A stretch of DNA of 64,000 nt from Botryllus schlosseri. Its lineage: Eukaryota. The DNA is taken from the NCBI GenBank assembly GCA_051294905.1, contig CM119379.1:18910001-18974000 (forward strand), in the 5' to 3' direction. The notes under the pieces were generated by a model, which did not search any database, was not told the origin of the DNA, and worked only from the letters and a program-made list of their open reading frames with translations. Made by a program: the position numbers and the translations under genes. Each line of letters opens with the position of its first letter. Positions within the stretch are counted from its first letter, which is position 1. Positions 18,101 to 30,868 of this stretch are shown here, in pieces.

Positions 18101-21082
18101 CGTATCGGAAGATGTTTCGAAGCAGTGGAGAATAACGGAGAAGTCAGCCATGCGAGTTCAAGGCCAATTGGCGACTGCTGATTGCCCGTCGATGAGATGA
18201 CACAGCGGGCGGTTATATAATACAAAGAAAGCGGAGTTCGGGGCGTATCGGAAGATGTTTCGAAGCAGTGGAGAATAACGGAGAAGTCAGCCATATGCAA
18301 GTTCAAGGCCAATTGGGCGACTGATTGCCCAATGCCCATCGATGAGATGACATAGCGGGCGGTTATATAGTACAAAGAAAGCGGAGTTCGGGGCGTATCG
18401 GAAGATGTTTCGAAGCAGTGGAGAATAACGGTTTGATTTATCACATCACGTTGTTCAGATATTATATATGTTGAATATTTCTACTTTTTCGAGGTAATCA
18501 AGTAGATTTGGGCTATTTCCGGTACTTACTGAAGTGGTAATGTTTCGCAATTACTTCAACATCTACCTGAACAGTATTCTGGATGAAATAATTACATTTG
18601 CAATTCGGATTTTGTAAAGTAGAAAGTAGTTCAGTATAATATTCCACAACTATCAACAGTTAAATTGTCATACGAAACGCGTCCGCTATGTCATCTCATC
18701 GATGGGCAAGCAATCACCGAATTGGCCTGAAACTCGCATGGCAGACTTCTCCGTTATTCTCTGCTGTTTCGAAATATATTTCGCTACGCCCCAAACTCCG
18801 CTTTCAGTATATTATAACCGTCCGCTATGTCATCTCATCGATGGGCAATCAGTCACCAAATTGGCCTTGAACTTGCATGGCTGACTTCTCCGCTATTCTC
18901 CACTGCTTCGAAACATCTTCCGATACGCCCTGATCTCCGCTTTCTATATTATATAACCGTCCGCTATGTCTATTTCGCGGGGCCCCGAACTCCGCTTTCA
19001 GTATCCGTCCGCTATGTCATCTCATCGAAGGGCAATCAGTCGCCAATTGGCCTTGAACTCGCATGGCTGACTTCTCCGTTATTCTCCACTGCTTCGAAAC
19101 ATCTCCCGATACGCCCTGATCTCCGCTTTCTGTATTATATAACCGTCCGCTATGTCTATTTCGCGGCGCCCCGAACTCCGCTTTCAGTATCCGTCCGCTA
19201 TGTCATCTCATCGAAGGGCAATCAGTCGCCAATTGGCCTTGAACTCGCATGGCTGACTTCTCCGTTATTCTCCACTGCTTCGAAACATCTTCCGATACGC
19301 CCCGAACTCCGCTTTCCTTGTATTATATAACCGCCCGCTATGTCATCTCATCGATGGGCAATCAGTCGCCCAATTGGCCTTGAACTTGCATATGGCTGAC
19401 TTCTCCGTTATTCTGCACTGCTTCGAAACATCTTCCGATACGCCCCGAACTCCGCTTTCCTTGTATTATATAACCGCCCGCTATGTCATCTCATCGATGG
19501 GCAATCAGTCGCCCAATTGGCCTTGAACTTGCATGGCTGACTTCTCCGCTATTCTCCACTGCTTCGAAACATCTTCCGATACGCCCTGATCTCCGCTTTC
19601 TATATTATATAACCGTCCGCTATGTCTATTTCGCGGGGCCCCGAACTCCGCTTCAGTATCCGTCCGCTATGTCATCTCATCGATGGGCAATCAGTCGCCC
19701 AATTGGCCTTGAACTTGCATATGGCTGACTTCTCCGTTATTCTCCACTGCTTCGAAACATCTTCCGATACGCCCCGAACTCCGCTTTCCTTGTATTATAT
19801 AACCGCCCGCTATGTCATCTCATCGATGGGCAATCAGTCGCCCAATTGGCCTTGAACTTGCATGGCTGACTTCTCCGTTATTCTCCACTGCTTCGAAACA
19901 TCTTCCGATACGCCCCGATCTCCGCTTTCTATATTATATAACTGTCCGCTATGTCCATTTCGCGGGGTCCCGGACTCCGCTTTCAGTATCCGTCCGCTAT
20001 GTCGCGCGTGTCTATAAAGGTTAATGACCGAAAGCTCCGCTCTCCGCTAGGTCCGCTGTCTCCGTCTTTTAGGAATCGGCATTTTTGGCTCTCTCCGCCG
20101 TCTCCGTTGCTTCTGCGTTTTAGAGTCCGTTCTCCGCTGCCTCCGCTGTCTCCGCTGCCTCCGCTTCTCCGTCTTTTAGGGATGCCCGCAGACAAGACAG
20201 AATCGCACAACATACCTTTTTGCGGTCAGCTTCTCTGACAGAGCCTTTACCGAGAACAGCCATCTTTGTGTTGGTTAGTTCTTGAAGGCCCTTCATTGTT
20301 GCTCCGCCAGGGCCGATCAGGCGTCCCACGAAGTTTACCTAAAATTGCAAACATTCATTCAAATCAAAAAAGCAATTCATCAAATTTAGGCATTATACTC
20401 TTTGGCAATTGACAATCAGCTACAACTTCAAACTTGATCGTCAATTTACATTATCGATCATTTTTCAAGAAAACGTGCATTCATTTTGCTACATACATGC
20501 TTTCAAGTGCACAATATATTGCATTGGATACATAATTGAATGCTGAATTCAGTATGATTTGTCGTAAAAGTCAATGGACATTTTGTTTGGCCACACGACT
20601 CTCATCTCTTATACTACACGGTAATAGGTGTAATCAACATATAGCAATGATAATAATTATAAATGGATAAATGGTGATGTGGGTTTATTGTCAAAGATAA
20701 TTTCAATGTTGCGGTATCAAATTAGTGGCTTACCGAGGGAAATTTCTCAGCAGGAACAAGAATATCGCATTCAACTTTCTGTGGTCTACCAGAAACGTCG
20801 AGCAGGACTTTCTTGGAACTCGTCTTGGGCGCTTCTTTCTTAGGATTCTTGATGTTTTCGATTTCTGCAGCAAATACCGATTGTTGAAATAGATTATTAC
20901 ATGTTCAAAGTTTATTCGAGATATCTAGGATCATTCAGAAGTTATTTCGAAAAAACGCAGTGCACCGGAGAAAATTCTGTCTTACCTTCAGAAATCAGCC
21001 GGACTGCATGTTCGAACGAAGGATCGATACTGTCTTTTTCAGCCATAAGCTCAGGAAGGTACTTGCCATCATTTTGCTCCAT
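15174..21082 (-). CDS. KHDRBS: KH-domain STAR-family RNA-binding protein (Sam68/SLM-like), 9 coding exons, 346 aa
   Basis: Exons 20986-21082, 20734-20864, 20216-20338, 17119-17208, 16215-16461, 16074-16159, 15457-15566, 15353-15393, 15174-15289, all GT-AG and phase-consistent (1041 nt). QUA1 '[17 protein letters not shown]', KH '[12 protein letters not shown]...[10 protein letters not shown]', RG-rich region, Tyr-rich tail ending RGRQKPY*. AATAAA at 14833-14838. Confidence 0.95.
15760..16000. repeat. Interspersed repeat (MITE fragment) in a KHDRBS intron
   Basis: Aligns by eye with 39488-39750 (shared aatgttgtgggatgatcatgactttggaaatg); a related tagggctggg / cccagcccta end is at 15721 and about 39920. 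Confidence 0.6.
17259..20187. mobile_element. Foldback/Mutator-like element: 2.9-kb palindrome with minisatellite arms
   Basis: Perfect 9-bp TSD gcagacaag (17250-17258, 20188-20196). TIR gggcatccctaaaagacggagaagcgg. Arms 17259-18432 and about 18681-20187 are inverted and built from about 140-bp units (about 6.5 left, about 8 right) plus 9-bp gcggag repeats; loop about 250 bp; no transposase. Confidence 0.9.
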
Positions 21083-21233
21083 TTTGGTATGACTTATGAT
21101 AGAACTTTAGCGAAGAGATGAAGATGCTACTGTACAGCCAACGCGCCGAAATCTATGCGATAAGTAATAGACTACGCTACACGTACACGAGGAAGACTTA
21201 CGTTTGAACAGGTCGCAATGCAAATGAATTCTC

Positions 21234-21272
21234 TGCGCATGCGCGAAGAGAAAAAAGCTATGGTCACGTGAC
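21234..21272. promoter_or_regulatory. Putative KHDRBS promoter motifs: NRF1-type TGCGCATGCGCG and palindromic E-box GTCACGTGAC
   Basis: Exact motif matches at 21234-21245 and 21263-21272, 150-190 bp upstream of the ATG, flanking a minus-strand pyrimidine tract. Confidence 0.5.
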
Positions 21273-21559
21273 AAAGTGCCGAAAGCACGCTGAAAGCACG
21301 CCAAGTGCACATTCGGTTGTTGCCCATTGAGCTTGATTTAATATAGAAAGGATTTTGAAAAAATATCTTATCTCTCGGTGTTGCACCATGAAATAGCAGT
21401 TTACTGAGGTCAATGAACATTTTATTGAGTAATATTGGTCATCCCTATTCAATATTGTCTGGGTCAGCACTTCAGCAGCAGAGATTGTCGGATTCCCATA
21501 TCTCGGAATCCGGATCTATCCGACTCCGGCTGGCAATTTGAAATACAGAGTCCTAAGTG

Positions 21560-22025
21560 TAGGGTTACCATACGTCCTCCTTTTTCGAGTTTGTGAAAAT
21601 GTCCTCCGAGGACGCCTAAATGTCCTCCTTTTTGAGATTTTGTACTCTTTTTTGGTAATTTTGGTTAAATATAGTGCCAAATTCGACTGAGGTACAGTAA
21701 ATCAGCACTGACGTAACGCTCCGGCGGCTATTTCGGTAGCTGAGCCGGAAAGTTGACCTTTTTTAGTCAACCACGTATAAATTTGAAAGAAAAACTGTAT
21801 TTTGGGTGCTGAGCGAGAAAGATGACCTTCCTTTAGTCAACCACCTATAAATTTGAAAGAAAAACTGTATTTTGGGGGCTGAGCGCGTAAGTTGACCTTT
21901 TCTTTAGTCAACCGACCGCGCAGTGGGAAAAATTTACCATTTTTTAAAGATTTACCTCCGGTATTCTAAGTTAGAAAATTTTGAAAAGTGTCCTCCTTTC
22001 CCTATTCCAAAATATGGTAACCCTA
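21560..22025. mobile_element. hAT-like MITE (TAGGGTTACCATA family) with internal tandem repeats of about 60 bp
   Basis: TIR tagggttaccata / tatggtaacccta; TSD cctaagtg / cctaaatg. Confidence 0.85.
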
Positions 22026-22725
22026 CCTAAATGTATACGTAAATGTATACACATATCATTGCAATATTATGATGATGTAAAATTAAAGTCCTGTTAAAAT
22101 CCGAGTTTCAACGAATATTTCAAAGCAAATTCGAAATCCGAATCCATTCCGGCTACGTTAAAAATCGATGAAATCCTGCTCCTACCCCGAATCATAGATA
22201 TAAAAATCAGAATTTCTTCGAAATGAGGGACCAGGACTAGGTTTCCATCACTTTCGGAACAAAGTAGACGGAACGCAAGACATACGTGAATAGTCACAGT
22301 TTGGTGTCATCCCATTCCGTAGAAACTGGTGGCCGAATCTCAGTTGTTTCACAAACCATCGATACAAAAAACCGAATTACTCCGAAATGAAAAACCGAAG
22401 ACGAAAACTGACACTTTCGGATTCGGAACAACGTTCAGGTCTATGTTCATCTCAAAGTGCGTCTGCATGAGACTCCTCCACCCCGGTCGATATCCATTGT
22501 GCGACTAGCATATGACGGAAAATAATATCATTAAACATAATTATTCCATTTGAATAGTATATTCATGTTGAAATGAACCCGAATATTTTTGGCTCACACT
22601 CGTCAGTGGTAATCGTCAGCAACTAGTAGAGAATTGGAAAGATCATTGTATATCAAACAATCGTATCACAAAATATGACGTCACCAGCATGGAATGAAAT
22701 CTCAAATAAGAGAGCGCTCAATGTA

Positions 22726-23037
22726 CTATTTTAAAATGATATACGAAATCCTTCTGTAGACAAAACTTGGGCTATGTATTTTGATAAAGGTAGACTCCAA
22801 GGTACACAGAGGAAAGTGTGAGCGGCCCCTTCCGATGACGCGAAATCTGCCGTCTCGATAATTTTTCGCACAAGCGGGATCCTCCAACATACGTTTGCCA
22901 ATGTCAGATAGAAGCGATGTAAAATTGTATTCCAAGATATCTATTCTAATGGGGTAATACCTTTGTTTTATGTCATTTTGGAGACGATATCTATATAGTG
23001 TTGGCAGTGCGTTTACCACACTCGTTTTACATGCCAT
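22726..23037 (-). mobile_element. Degenerate Penelope-like retroelement GIY-YIG endonuclease remnant
   Basis: 'IGKRMLEDPACAKNYRDGRFRVIGRGRSHFPLCTLESTFIKIHSPSF' follows the PLE pattern IGxHL..NPxCA..Y....F.IL...RS.FHL..LEA.YI....P.LC; the N-terminal GIY/YIG motifs are eroded. Confidence 0.6.
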
Positions 23038-23347
23038 GTGCTTTTGTTGTGATTCCAGATAATCCCGTATATATTTTTCTTTCTATCTTGGATGATTATT
23101 AGGCAACCTACTTCGCTGACATATGAAACAAAGATTCGGGTAGTATCAGGGCTGTCTAAATGGACAATTTCCAGAGAAAGTATGGATTAGGATTAGGCCT
23201 TGAAAAAACCGGTTTTGTGAAATTTTGTTGGATATGGATTGGATTAGGATTTTGCTTGGATTTCTCGATTTTCTGCAAGATTTATATGTTATGTGGCGAA
23301 TGGCGTCGAACTTTATATTCAGATCAGTTATTAATGTACTTATGGTA

Positions 23348-24730
23348 GGCTACACCAAAGTCACTCAACTATGAGCAGAGGTGGTCAGTAACGAAGTACT
23401 TCTACTTTTTCGAAGTACTCAAGTAGTTTTCCTCTACTTCTGCTACTTACTCAAGTAGATCTGATTTTCTCTACTTCTACTTCTACTTCGTAATATTTTG
23501 TGATCTACTTACTTACTTTTTGCTATTTCCAGTTTGTCAAGTAGAAGTAGTCTAATCCCCCAATACGAAAGATAGCCTGAGGAAATTCGGGGCTGGTTTC
23601 ACTGAGTACCAACATTTAATATTCATAAAATTCAAGCAAAGCCCGGAAATTTTGTAGCGCTTCGCGCACAGTAGTTATGGAGAGACAATTATGTTTTCAC
23701 GAAAGTATCAGTGAATATAATTTAGCTGCCGGATTGCTTGGTTCCGCTCACACCGCATTGTCGCCAATATCAAATATTTCATCACAGTAAATATGGCCCA
23801 CCGGCCACCATAACGTTTGAAACTACCGTTTCGTAGCAATCACCTATCATATCGTAATCTAGCAGCCCATTACGCGTCTTATAATGTCATGTGGAAAATC
23901 CAGCATTTTTGAACGTTACACCTGTTTTAGCAGCTTCATGGACAAAAGACATGAAATATATTTTTCTCTTTTAACAAGTGGTATTGGTATTTCACTTTCA
24001 ATTGCGATGCGACTATGCGAGTATAATACTTTGAGTTCTAATTACTTTCAGTTCTTTTGTCTGCAAAACATACATGTTGAAGCATAAAAGCAAGTGTAGT
24101 AATGTCTCTATTTTCCGAAAATAAAGCTACACTAAATATAACATTTACGATCCACAATATTTGTTATTAACGTATACTAATCGCGCAAAGTGATGAAACC
24201 GTATCCTATACAACTTCTACGTATTGCTCTTCGCCTAAACATGGCGCCTTATAATATGGGGAAGGGCGCCATGCCATGATATTCTCTAAAACGGCGTCTT
24301 CTAGTAAACAAAGGGTTAGTATCGCATTTTCATATCAGTACTAAAATTTGCATCCCATGATGCGAAAGAACGCTTATTCTGTCGATGATACCTCATGGGA
24401 TGCATCAATACGAATCACGCTCTCTGCACCTTCCGCATACCTCAATTCGCAGGTTCTGACAGTCCATGCGAACTAATTAAGACTGTTTTCAAAACTCCTT
24501 ACTTACTTGAGTAGATTTAAAGTCAGTCAAATCTACTTCTACTTCAATTAGTCTGAGGTAGCTAATTTACGAAGTACTTCTACTCTTACTAGAGTAGATT
24601 TTTTCGTCGCTACTTCTACTTCTACTTGAGTAGATTTATTGACTACTTTGACCACCTCTGACTCTGAGTGACTTTGGGGTACACTACACTCTGGTACTCT
24701 CGGTGCCAATGAACATGAGAGGTGCAGCCC
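23348..24730. mobile_element. Small TIR element nested in the MITE above
   Basis: Ends ggctacacc / ggtgcagcc(c); 7-bp direct repeat tatggta on both sides. Confidence 0.6.
23376..24660. mobile_element. Non-autonomous hAT (CAGAGGTGGTCA family), 1285 bp
   Basis: TIR cagaggtggtca / tgaccacctctg; TSD actatgag / actctgag; tacttctact-rich subterminal repeats. Confidence 0.88.
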
Positions 24731-25166
24731 TATGGTAAGTTATCTTAAATCAACTGGATTGTTGGTTGTGAAAGAAAAAAAAAATTATTCCTTCCTTGAA
24801 TAAATTAGCATTTTTTCTGAATTTCAAGTTCGAATCAAATTTGGATTGGACACAGATTTGAAAATACAAAAGTTATGGATTAGGATTTGGATTAGGATTA
24901 GGATTTGAAGCTCTTCATTCCTTGAAAATTATCTTAACTATTTCAAAATTTCCTAAACGATGCCTACCATCAAGCCTATGGCCTATCTGCCGTGTAATTA
25001 ATTGTTGGTCTTCACCATTGCGTTCAATAGTATGGTACGAAAATATATATGTTGAGCTTTGTACACAATATCATTTTAGGGCGTTTTTCAACGCTTCTGA
25101 AATTCAGACACGTTTTGCTAGCTTGATGCCACAAACATCGTTGATTTTTGTACTTTGTACCAATAG

Positions 25167-25367
25167 TAGGGTTACCATACGTCCTCTTTTAAGAGGATTT
25201 GTCCTCTATTTTGACTTTTTTGAAAGTGTCCTCGGAGGACGCCCTTTTGTCCTCTTTGTTGACCTTTTTTCTTTTTTTTTTAGTCAACCGACACCGATTT
25301 GTGAGAATTCTTCTCCGGTGTTGCAAAGTGTCCTCTTTTTAGATTTTTTCAAAATATGGTAAGCCTA
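25167..25367. mobile_element. hAT-like MITE (TAGGGTTACCATA family), 201 bp
   Basis: Perfect 8-bp TSD accaatag. Confidence 0.9.
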
Positions 25368-25935
25368 ACCAATAGTACTCAATGCAGGAATATGAAAGGA
25401 AACCATTGCTCCATACAAGTCAAGCAGACTCTTAATCGTAAATTAGGGGTAGAGTCATTTGTCTGGTGTGAATGACAGCATCAGTCGAATCGAATAGATT
25501 GTGCCTCTGAAGAGTGCATGTAATGCATCGTTACTTTACTCAACTCGATTTGGGTTAAGGATATAGCGATTCTCAACCACTGAGTGGCACGCGGCTTCGC
25601 ACTATAATTTCGGCACTCGGTATCGCGTCGAAAAAAATTAGGGGCTGAGTCTGCTGACTCGACAACAATGTTCGGATTTCGTAACGTATAACTGGCAATA
25701 CTTTTTTTAAATGATGAAAATAATAAACGAACGATGAGATTATAAATATTGAGTAGTAATATTACAGTTCCATTTTATCAGGGGGATGTTATTGTTTAGT
25801 ATTCACGGTGCTTCGACATCTATAGTAATTTTACTTCATGCCGATGTTGCCTATTATGATTTCAGAGATGCCGACTTGATATAGCACGGCACACTTTTGT
25901 TCTAGGCTTTTGTAAGACTAAGACACCGTTTACGT

Positions 25936-28011
25936 CAGGGGTTCTTAAAGTATGGGTCGCGAAGGGTACAAACTTAATTCGCGACCGCACCCTAGCGATA
26001 TTTTATTGAGCGTGTAATATATGCTGCATTTCACCAACAACAAAAAATTTCTTCGCGCCTTGCGCGATCCCTGGATAGTTTACATGTCACCCATGGTCAC
26101 TGTGCTGGATTCTATAACCAATGAGCGAGACAATCAGAAAACTGGTTACGACGATAAGGCTTCATCATGAAAATGCACATGTACTTTTGTATTGCAGAAA
26201 TTGGTTTGATATCATTAGATCCCCTTTCCGCGCCGGCGGTAGCGATAAAACCTTGGCACATACTGAACGTTGCTGGTCGGTCAGGCCAGGTTGAGTGCAA
26301 ATATGCACTCGCGACCCGCATAGACGAAAATAATGCACCCCGATTTGCAATCACGTGCGTCACCATTCACACATGTTCCACAAAACTGCGTTGCGTTCAC
26401 TGGCTGTCCACCAGAGTTGGATCAATTGTAATTTGTAATGTAATTGAATGTAATGAATTACATATTTCAATGTAATTGTAATGTAATTGTAATTGAAGCA
26501 TTTTTATTTTGTGTAATTGTAATTGTAATTGTAATTTGACAAAAATTTCGCTCAATTACAATTTCAATTACATTAAATTGCTATTGAGACCTGACAAGCA
26601 CAACATAAAATAATTGACTTATAATGCATTCTCTTTAAATGTCGACAAGGAATTTGGTGGATCCATTCGCGGAAGCCCTTGACTGCGCCCTTGCGGGCGA
26701 AGTTTTTTATTTTTACCGCTATGCTGGCCTCGGCTGCCATTGTATACAATTATTAGATTACTAACCAACGGATGGATTCGCAACACGTGACTCACGATTG
26801 AATACGCCGAGAAGCGAACTGCTGAGCCGGCTAAAAGCAGCAGAATCGATAGTCCCACAGCTAACGATCCAAGCGTCGAAATTTGATATGTACGGTCCTA
26901 ATCGAAAGCTAGTGTCGCACTGATTCCGCAATAAAAGTATATTTCCAGGCAATGGTACCATCCCAAAATAGTCGTGAAAGTCTGGGAATCGGGATTGTTC
27001 TGAACAATCGCTGGGAGTAATTGGTCATTGTTGTGGTCATGCTGCTGCGGCGCTCTCACTTTTCAGAACAGTCGGCCTTAAACGGCTATTTTGGAGCAGT
27101 TACATTGCCCTGACGAGATTTTAATTTTAATTTTCGGAATTAGTGCATCAATAGCTTACGATAAAGACCAGATGCATCAAATTTGGACGCCTGAATCGCC
27201 AGCTCTAGGACTACAAAGTTTGCTGCTTTTAGCCAGCTCTGCAGTACGTTTGTCGGTGCATTCATCCGTTACTCACATCTTGCGCATCTATCCGTGGGTT
27301 GGCAATCTACAATACGATTTCAGATCACGATGCTGCATCGTTACTTCGTCTGTCTAACTAACCAGACCACTGGATATTATATAACGTCTTATCTGACAAA
27401 GCACGGTTTTGTTTTCACCCCTCATCCTAATTCCTACGTCCCTCGATAAAGATAATATTATTTCTTTAATTATATACTATATACGCAAATCCAACCCGTG
27501 CATGATTATAATACTTTTTTTAACGACATACTGCATACTGGAATAGTTCGAAAACGTTTTTCTTTTATTAATTACCGGGTATTTGCGTATCATGAATGAA
27601 ACATGAATACTTGAATTGTTGTTAATTACGACGCTACGGTTGTCAAGGAGCACGGTTGAATTTATCATTATTCAATTACATGTTCAACAGCAGCAATTGT
27701 AATTGTAATTGTAATGTAATTGAAGCATGCAAGGAGTAATTGTAATTGTAATTGTAATTTGATATTTTTAGCATGGAGTAATTGTAATTGTAATGTAATT
27801 GAAACATGCATGAAAGTAATTGTAATTGAACTGAAATAATGTAATTGATCCAACTCTGCTGTCCACACCTTATCTATTTCTTATACATGCCCGTAAAACG
27901 TATCATATACTAGCAGAAAAAAATCATTCATTTCAATGCGGGAGGCTCGGGTCGCGAGATGCCAGTGCTACTCATATTTGGGTCGTAGTCTAAAAAGTTT
28001 AGGAACCCCTA
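25936..28011. mobile_element. hAT-like MITE containing a nested element
   Basis: Ends caggggttcttaaag / gtttaggaaccccta with gggtcgcga motifs; weak TSD gtttacgt / gtttgaat; splits a repeat whose empty site is at 29776-29850. Confidence 0.65.
26412..27858. mobile_element. Non-autonomous hAT with (GTAATT)n subterminal repeats
   Basis: TIR cagagttggatcaatt / aattgatccaactctg; perfect TSD ctgtccac. Confidence 0.9.
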
Positions 28012-28404
28012 GTTTGAATGAGATGGCGCGAAGGAGCCTAGATAAACCTTCAACACGCTTCAGGAAGGGAATCTCGAGTCGGTGGTAAACGAGTCAACAT
28101 TTCCATTCACGGCGGAGATACGCGTATTGCATTCAATTGGAATATTTCTATCACAGCCCTTCGACATCATATCCCAGCACGACACCAATGTAGAATCTAC
28201 ATTGTAGATGAGACGCTCACAAGGAGATGTATTGAATTACATCACTTTATTTGAGTCAATACATTATTCATACAAAAGCGAAACTCAAAAGCTTTGCGAC
28301 GAAGCACAGTACCGAAATTTTTCTCCATTTTTGGAACAAAAACATACAAAAATACAGTGATCAAATTCGTAAAAACCCAAAAATATCAACACAGTTATCA
28401 GATA

Positions 28405-28850
28405 CTATTTACTGGGGAAGATTTCACCCTTAATATTGCCTTTCAGCATGACGGCCTCAACTATGTAAGCTATGGTTGTGAAGAATCCAAATATTGCAGA
28501 TGCAAGACGACGGGATCCCCTGTAAGGCGAAGTGTTTCCCTCCAAGTAGCACGAAAGCACTATCGACCCAGTTAAACACAATAAGCAGGCGAAAACAGAC
28601 CACACAAAGTCAACGTTTGCCATCTTGTCACCGATCTTCTCATTCAAACCAGTGAAGTAAATAATCATCAGTATAACGGACACGCTCCAACTTATAACGT
28701 AAGCTGCAAGGGCGTACGCACGTCCGGAATCGCAAGGTTGATCGCCTCTTGCGGTGCACTCATAGCCTCCGGCGACAAGAGCAGTGAAAGCGATGCAACC
28801 GAGAGTGATGACGATGCTTTTGATGATGCCATTCTTCGTTATTACGTATT
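28405..28850 (-). CDS. MARVEL-domain four-TM protein (CMTM/plasmolipin/MAL-like), main exon
   Basis: Four hydrophobic segments from 'YVITKNGIIKSIVITLGCIAF' to 'LASAIFGFFTTIAYIVEAV'. Acceptor tttcactgcag| at 28851. A short phase-1 first exon (MTAKTGVLPQII, about 29532-29568) is possible but weak. Confidence 0.85.
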
Positions 28851-29671
28851 CTGCAGTGAAAAGGGAGACGATCACGCATTATATATTATATATATATATA
28901 TCACATCTAGATTCACATAAATTGTCGCGGGGTATTAAACCTGACAAATAATTCTATAGAAATCTAGTCTAAGGACTAAGACAGAGTGATATAGTCCTAT
29001 TTCGCGTACCCCTTCCACAAGCACGTGCACAGTATAGAACACGCACCTCCAGAGATGAGCATGGGCATGTCCACATTCAAGTCGAAATACAAGCAATTAC
29101 TACTAAATAAATACAGTCCATCCTCAAGATTACCGAACCACGACTGACCTATCGATCTCGCTTCCCATGACATGCCGCCCTATTTCTTGTCGCTTCCTTT
29201 TTCTATACTATCTTCTTTACTTTCATTCAGTGTGCATGCCTCCTCTTTACATCGCCTAGGCCCTAGGCCAAGGTGGGTGTCCGATTCCACAGACAACTCC
29301 TAGTCGCTTCGACACCTTCCTTTCTTTTCATTGTATCGCATTTTTTGTGGTGTATTGAACTGATAAAATTGCTAATAAACCAATGATGATGATGATGAAG
29401 TTATGGATTAGGATTTGGATTTGAAGATTCGGATTTGGATTGGATTAGGACATCGAAATTTCAAATCCGCTCATCTCTGGCTGTAGCCTCATTGGTTCCC
29501 TGGAGGTCAAGACACACGCTCAACTCATATACGTATGATTTGCGGTAATACGCCCGTCTTAGCCGTCATTGATTCCGGTAGGTAATGATAGGACCGATCA
29601 ATAGTGGATTTGTGACTGTTGTGGTGGTACTTCGTGTACACTGTACAGTAGCGTACGTAGGGGAGGTGCGC

Positions 29672-29915
29672 GTTGTTGTTGTTGTTTATGGTATTCATGG
29701 TGTTTGTCGACTACTATGGTCATTGGTCATTTACACCTTATTTTTGATTCAGCCGACGTGTAGCACGGTCCACTCCCAGGCTTTTGTAAGACACCGCTTA
29801 CGCGGATGAGATGGCGAGTATAGGAGCCTAGATAAACCTCTAACACTTAGGTAGGAATTACGAAGTCGACCTCGGTCGGACTGGAACCCACAACCCATTG
29901 GTGTTGTAGCTGTGG
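29672..29915 (-). mobile_element. Probable tRNA-derived SINE with (AAC)n tail
   Basis: B-box-like GGTTCCAGTCC near 29880-29890 on the minus strand and an (AAC)n tail at about 29672; related segments at 1938-2040 and 25790-25935 plus 28012-28090. Confidence 0.45.
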
Positions 29916-30868
29916 ATTATACCACTATGCTATCTCGCCACTTGGGAGGTGGGCGTTCGAAGTCGATACCCCGTGTCCTTCTGAAATGTCAATCTTATCC
30001 CCAATACATACAATGTCATTTGAAACTAAGCAATTGGTATCACGCTGTTGCGTTTCGACCGAACGGTACGATGACACTTTCCAAAGTGAAGTATCGCATT
30101 TCTGAACTGATATCTGAAAGGCATCAGCAGAAGTCAGAGCGATTTGCAATATATATATATTCATTATTCATTATTATGTTTTCGTTTTGTGTAAAATTAT
30201 ATTTTAATTGCACTTATAACACTGTGTTGATGCACAGTTGATTTTGTACACCAGTAAACTATAGTAATGTATTTGATGTGAAATTATATGGTGTGGTAGA
30301 TTTTATTTTTATGATTCAGCGAACATTTTGGCCTTTTTGGGTTCCGCAAAGGATGACAGATTAGCGTAAGCGTGCCCTAGGTTTGTAAAGGTTAAGAATC
30401 ACTGATTTAAATGCATTTGGAGATAATTTCATTCATCTTTTTTCCCTAGGGCCGAGTAATTATATCCAAGACATTTAGCAGCCTCGGTGACCTGTGAGTG
30501 GAATTCGGAGTAGGTATTGTCGAATTGAATGAGTCGGGGTTCGATTCATATTAATGGGAATCTCCGTGCCGAAACCTCGTGTGATCATCATATGATGATC
30601 TCATCACAAATTTTGTATATCTAGGGACCCGGAGTCATGCTTTCAATTTTATTTTATAGGAGTCGGGAGTATGAGCACATTAAAATGCTACGCTTCGCGT
30701 CGAGACTCATAGGCGAGTCGCGAATTGAAATTAATGAGGCCCGAATGCAATATTTCGGAATGTAGAAAATTTCTTTTGCTCCTGGCTGTTGCGGTATTTT
30801 TGCACAATATATACCAGGTGCATTTGTAGTTAGAGCAACCATGTAGCTTCGATTTATCCTTGTCGTTA

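Larger units (their letters stand above)
23172..24910. mobile_element. Interrupted copy of the CAGAGATGAGC / ggattagg MITE family
   Basis: 23172-23347 and 24731-24910 align with the intact copy at 56606-57015. Confidence 0.75.

Noticed and set aside
17166-20238. Cluster of repetitive ORFs (MSSHRWAIS...) as a repeat protein or transposase
   Set aside because: Translations of the 140-bp minisatellite, appearing on both strands because of the palindrome; no transposase motif.
29050-29479. Intact CAGAGATGAGC MITE
   Set aside because: Both termini are present, but there is no TSD and the interior is mostly a different repeat; a chimeric remnant rather than a clean element.
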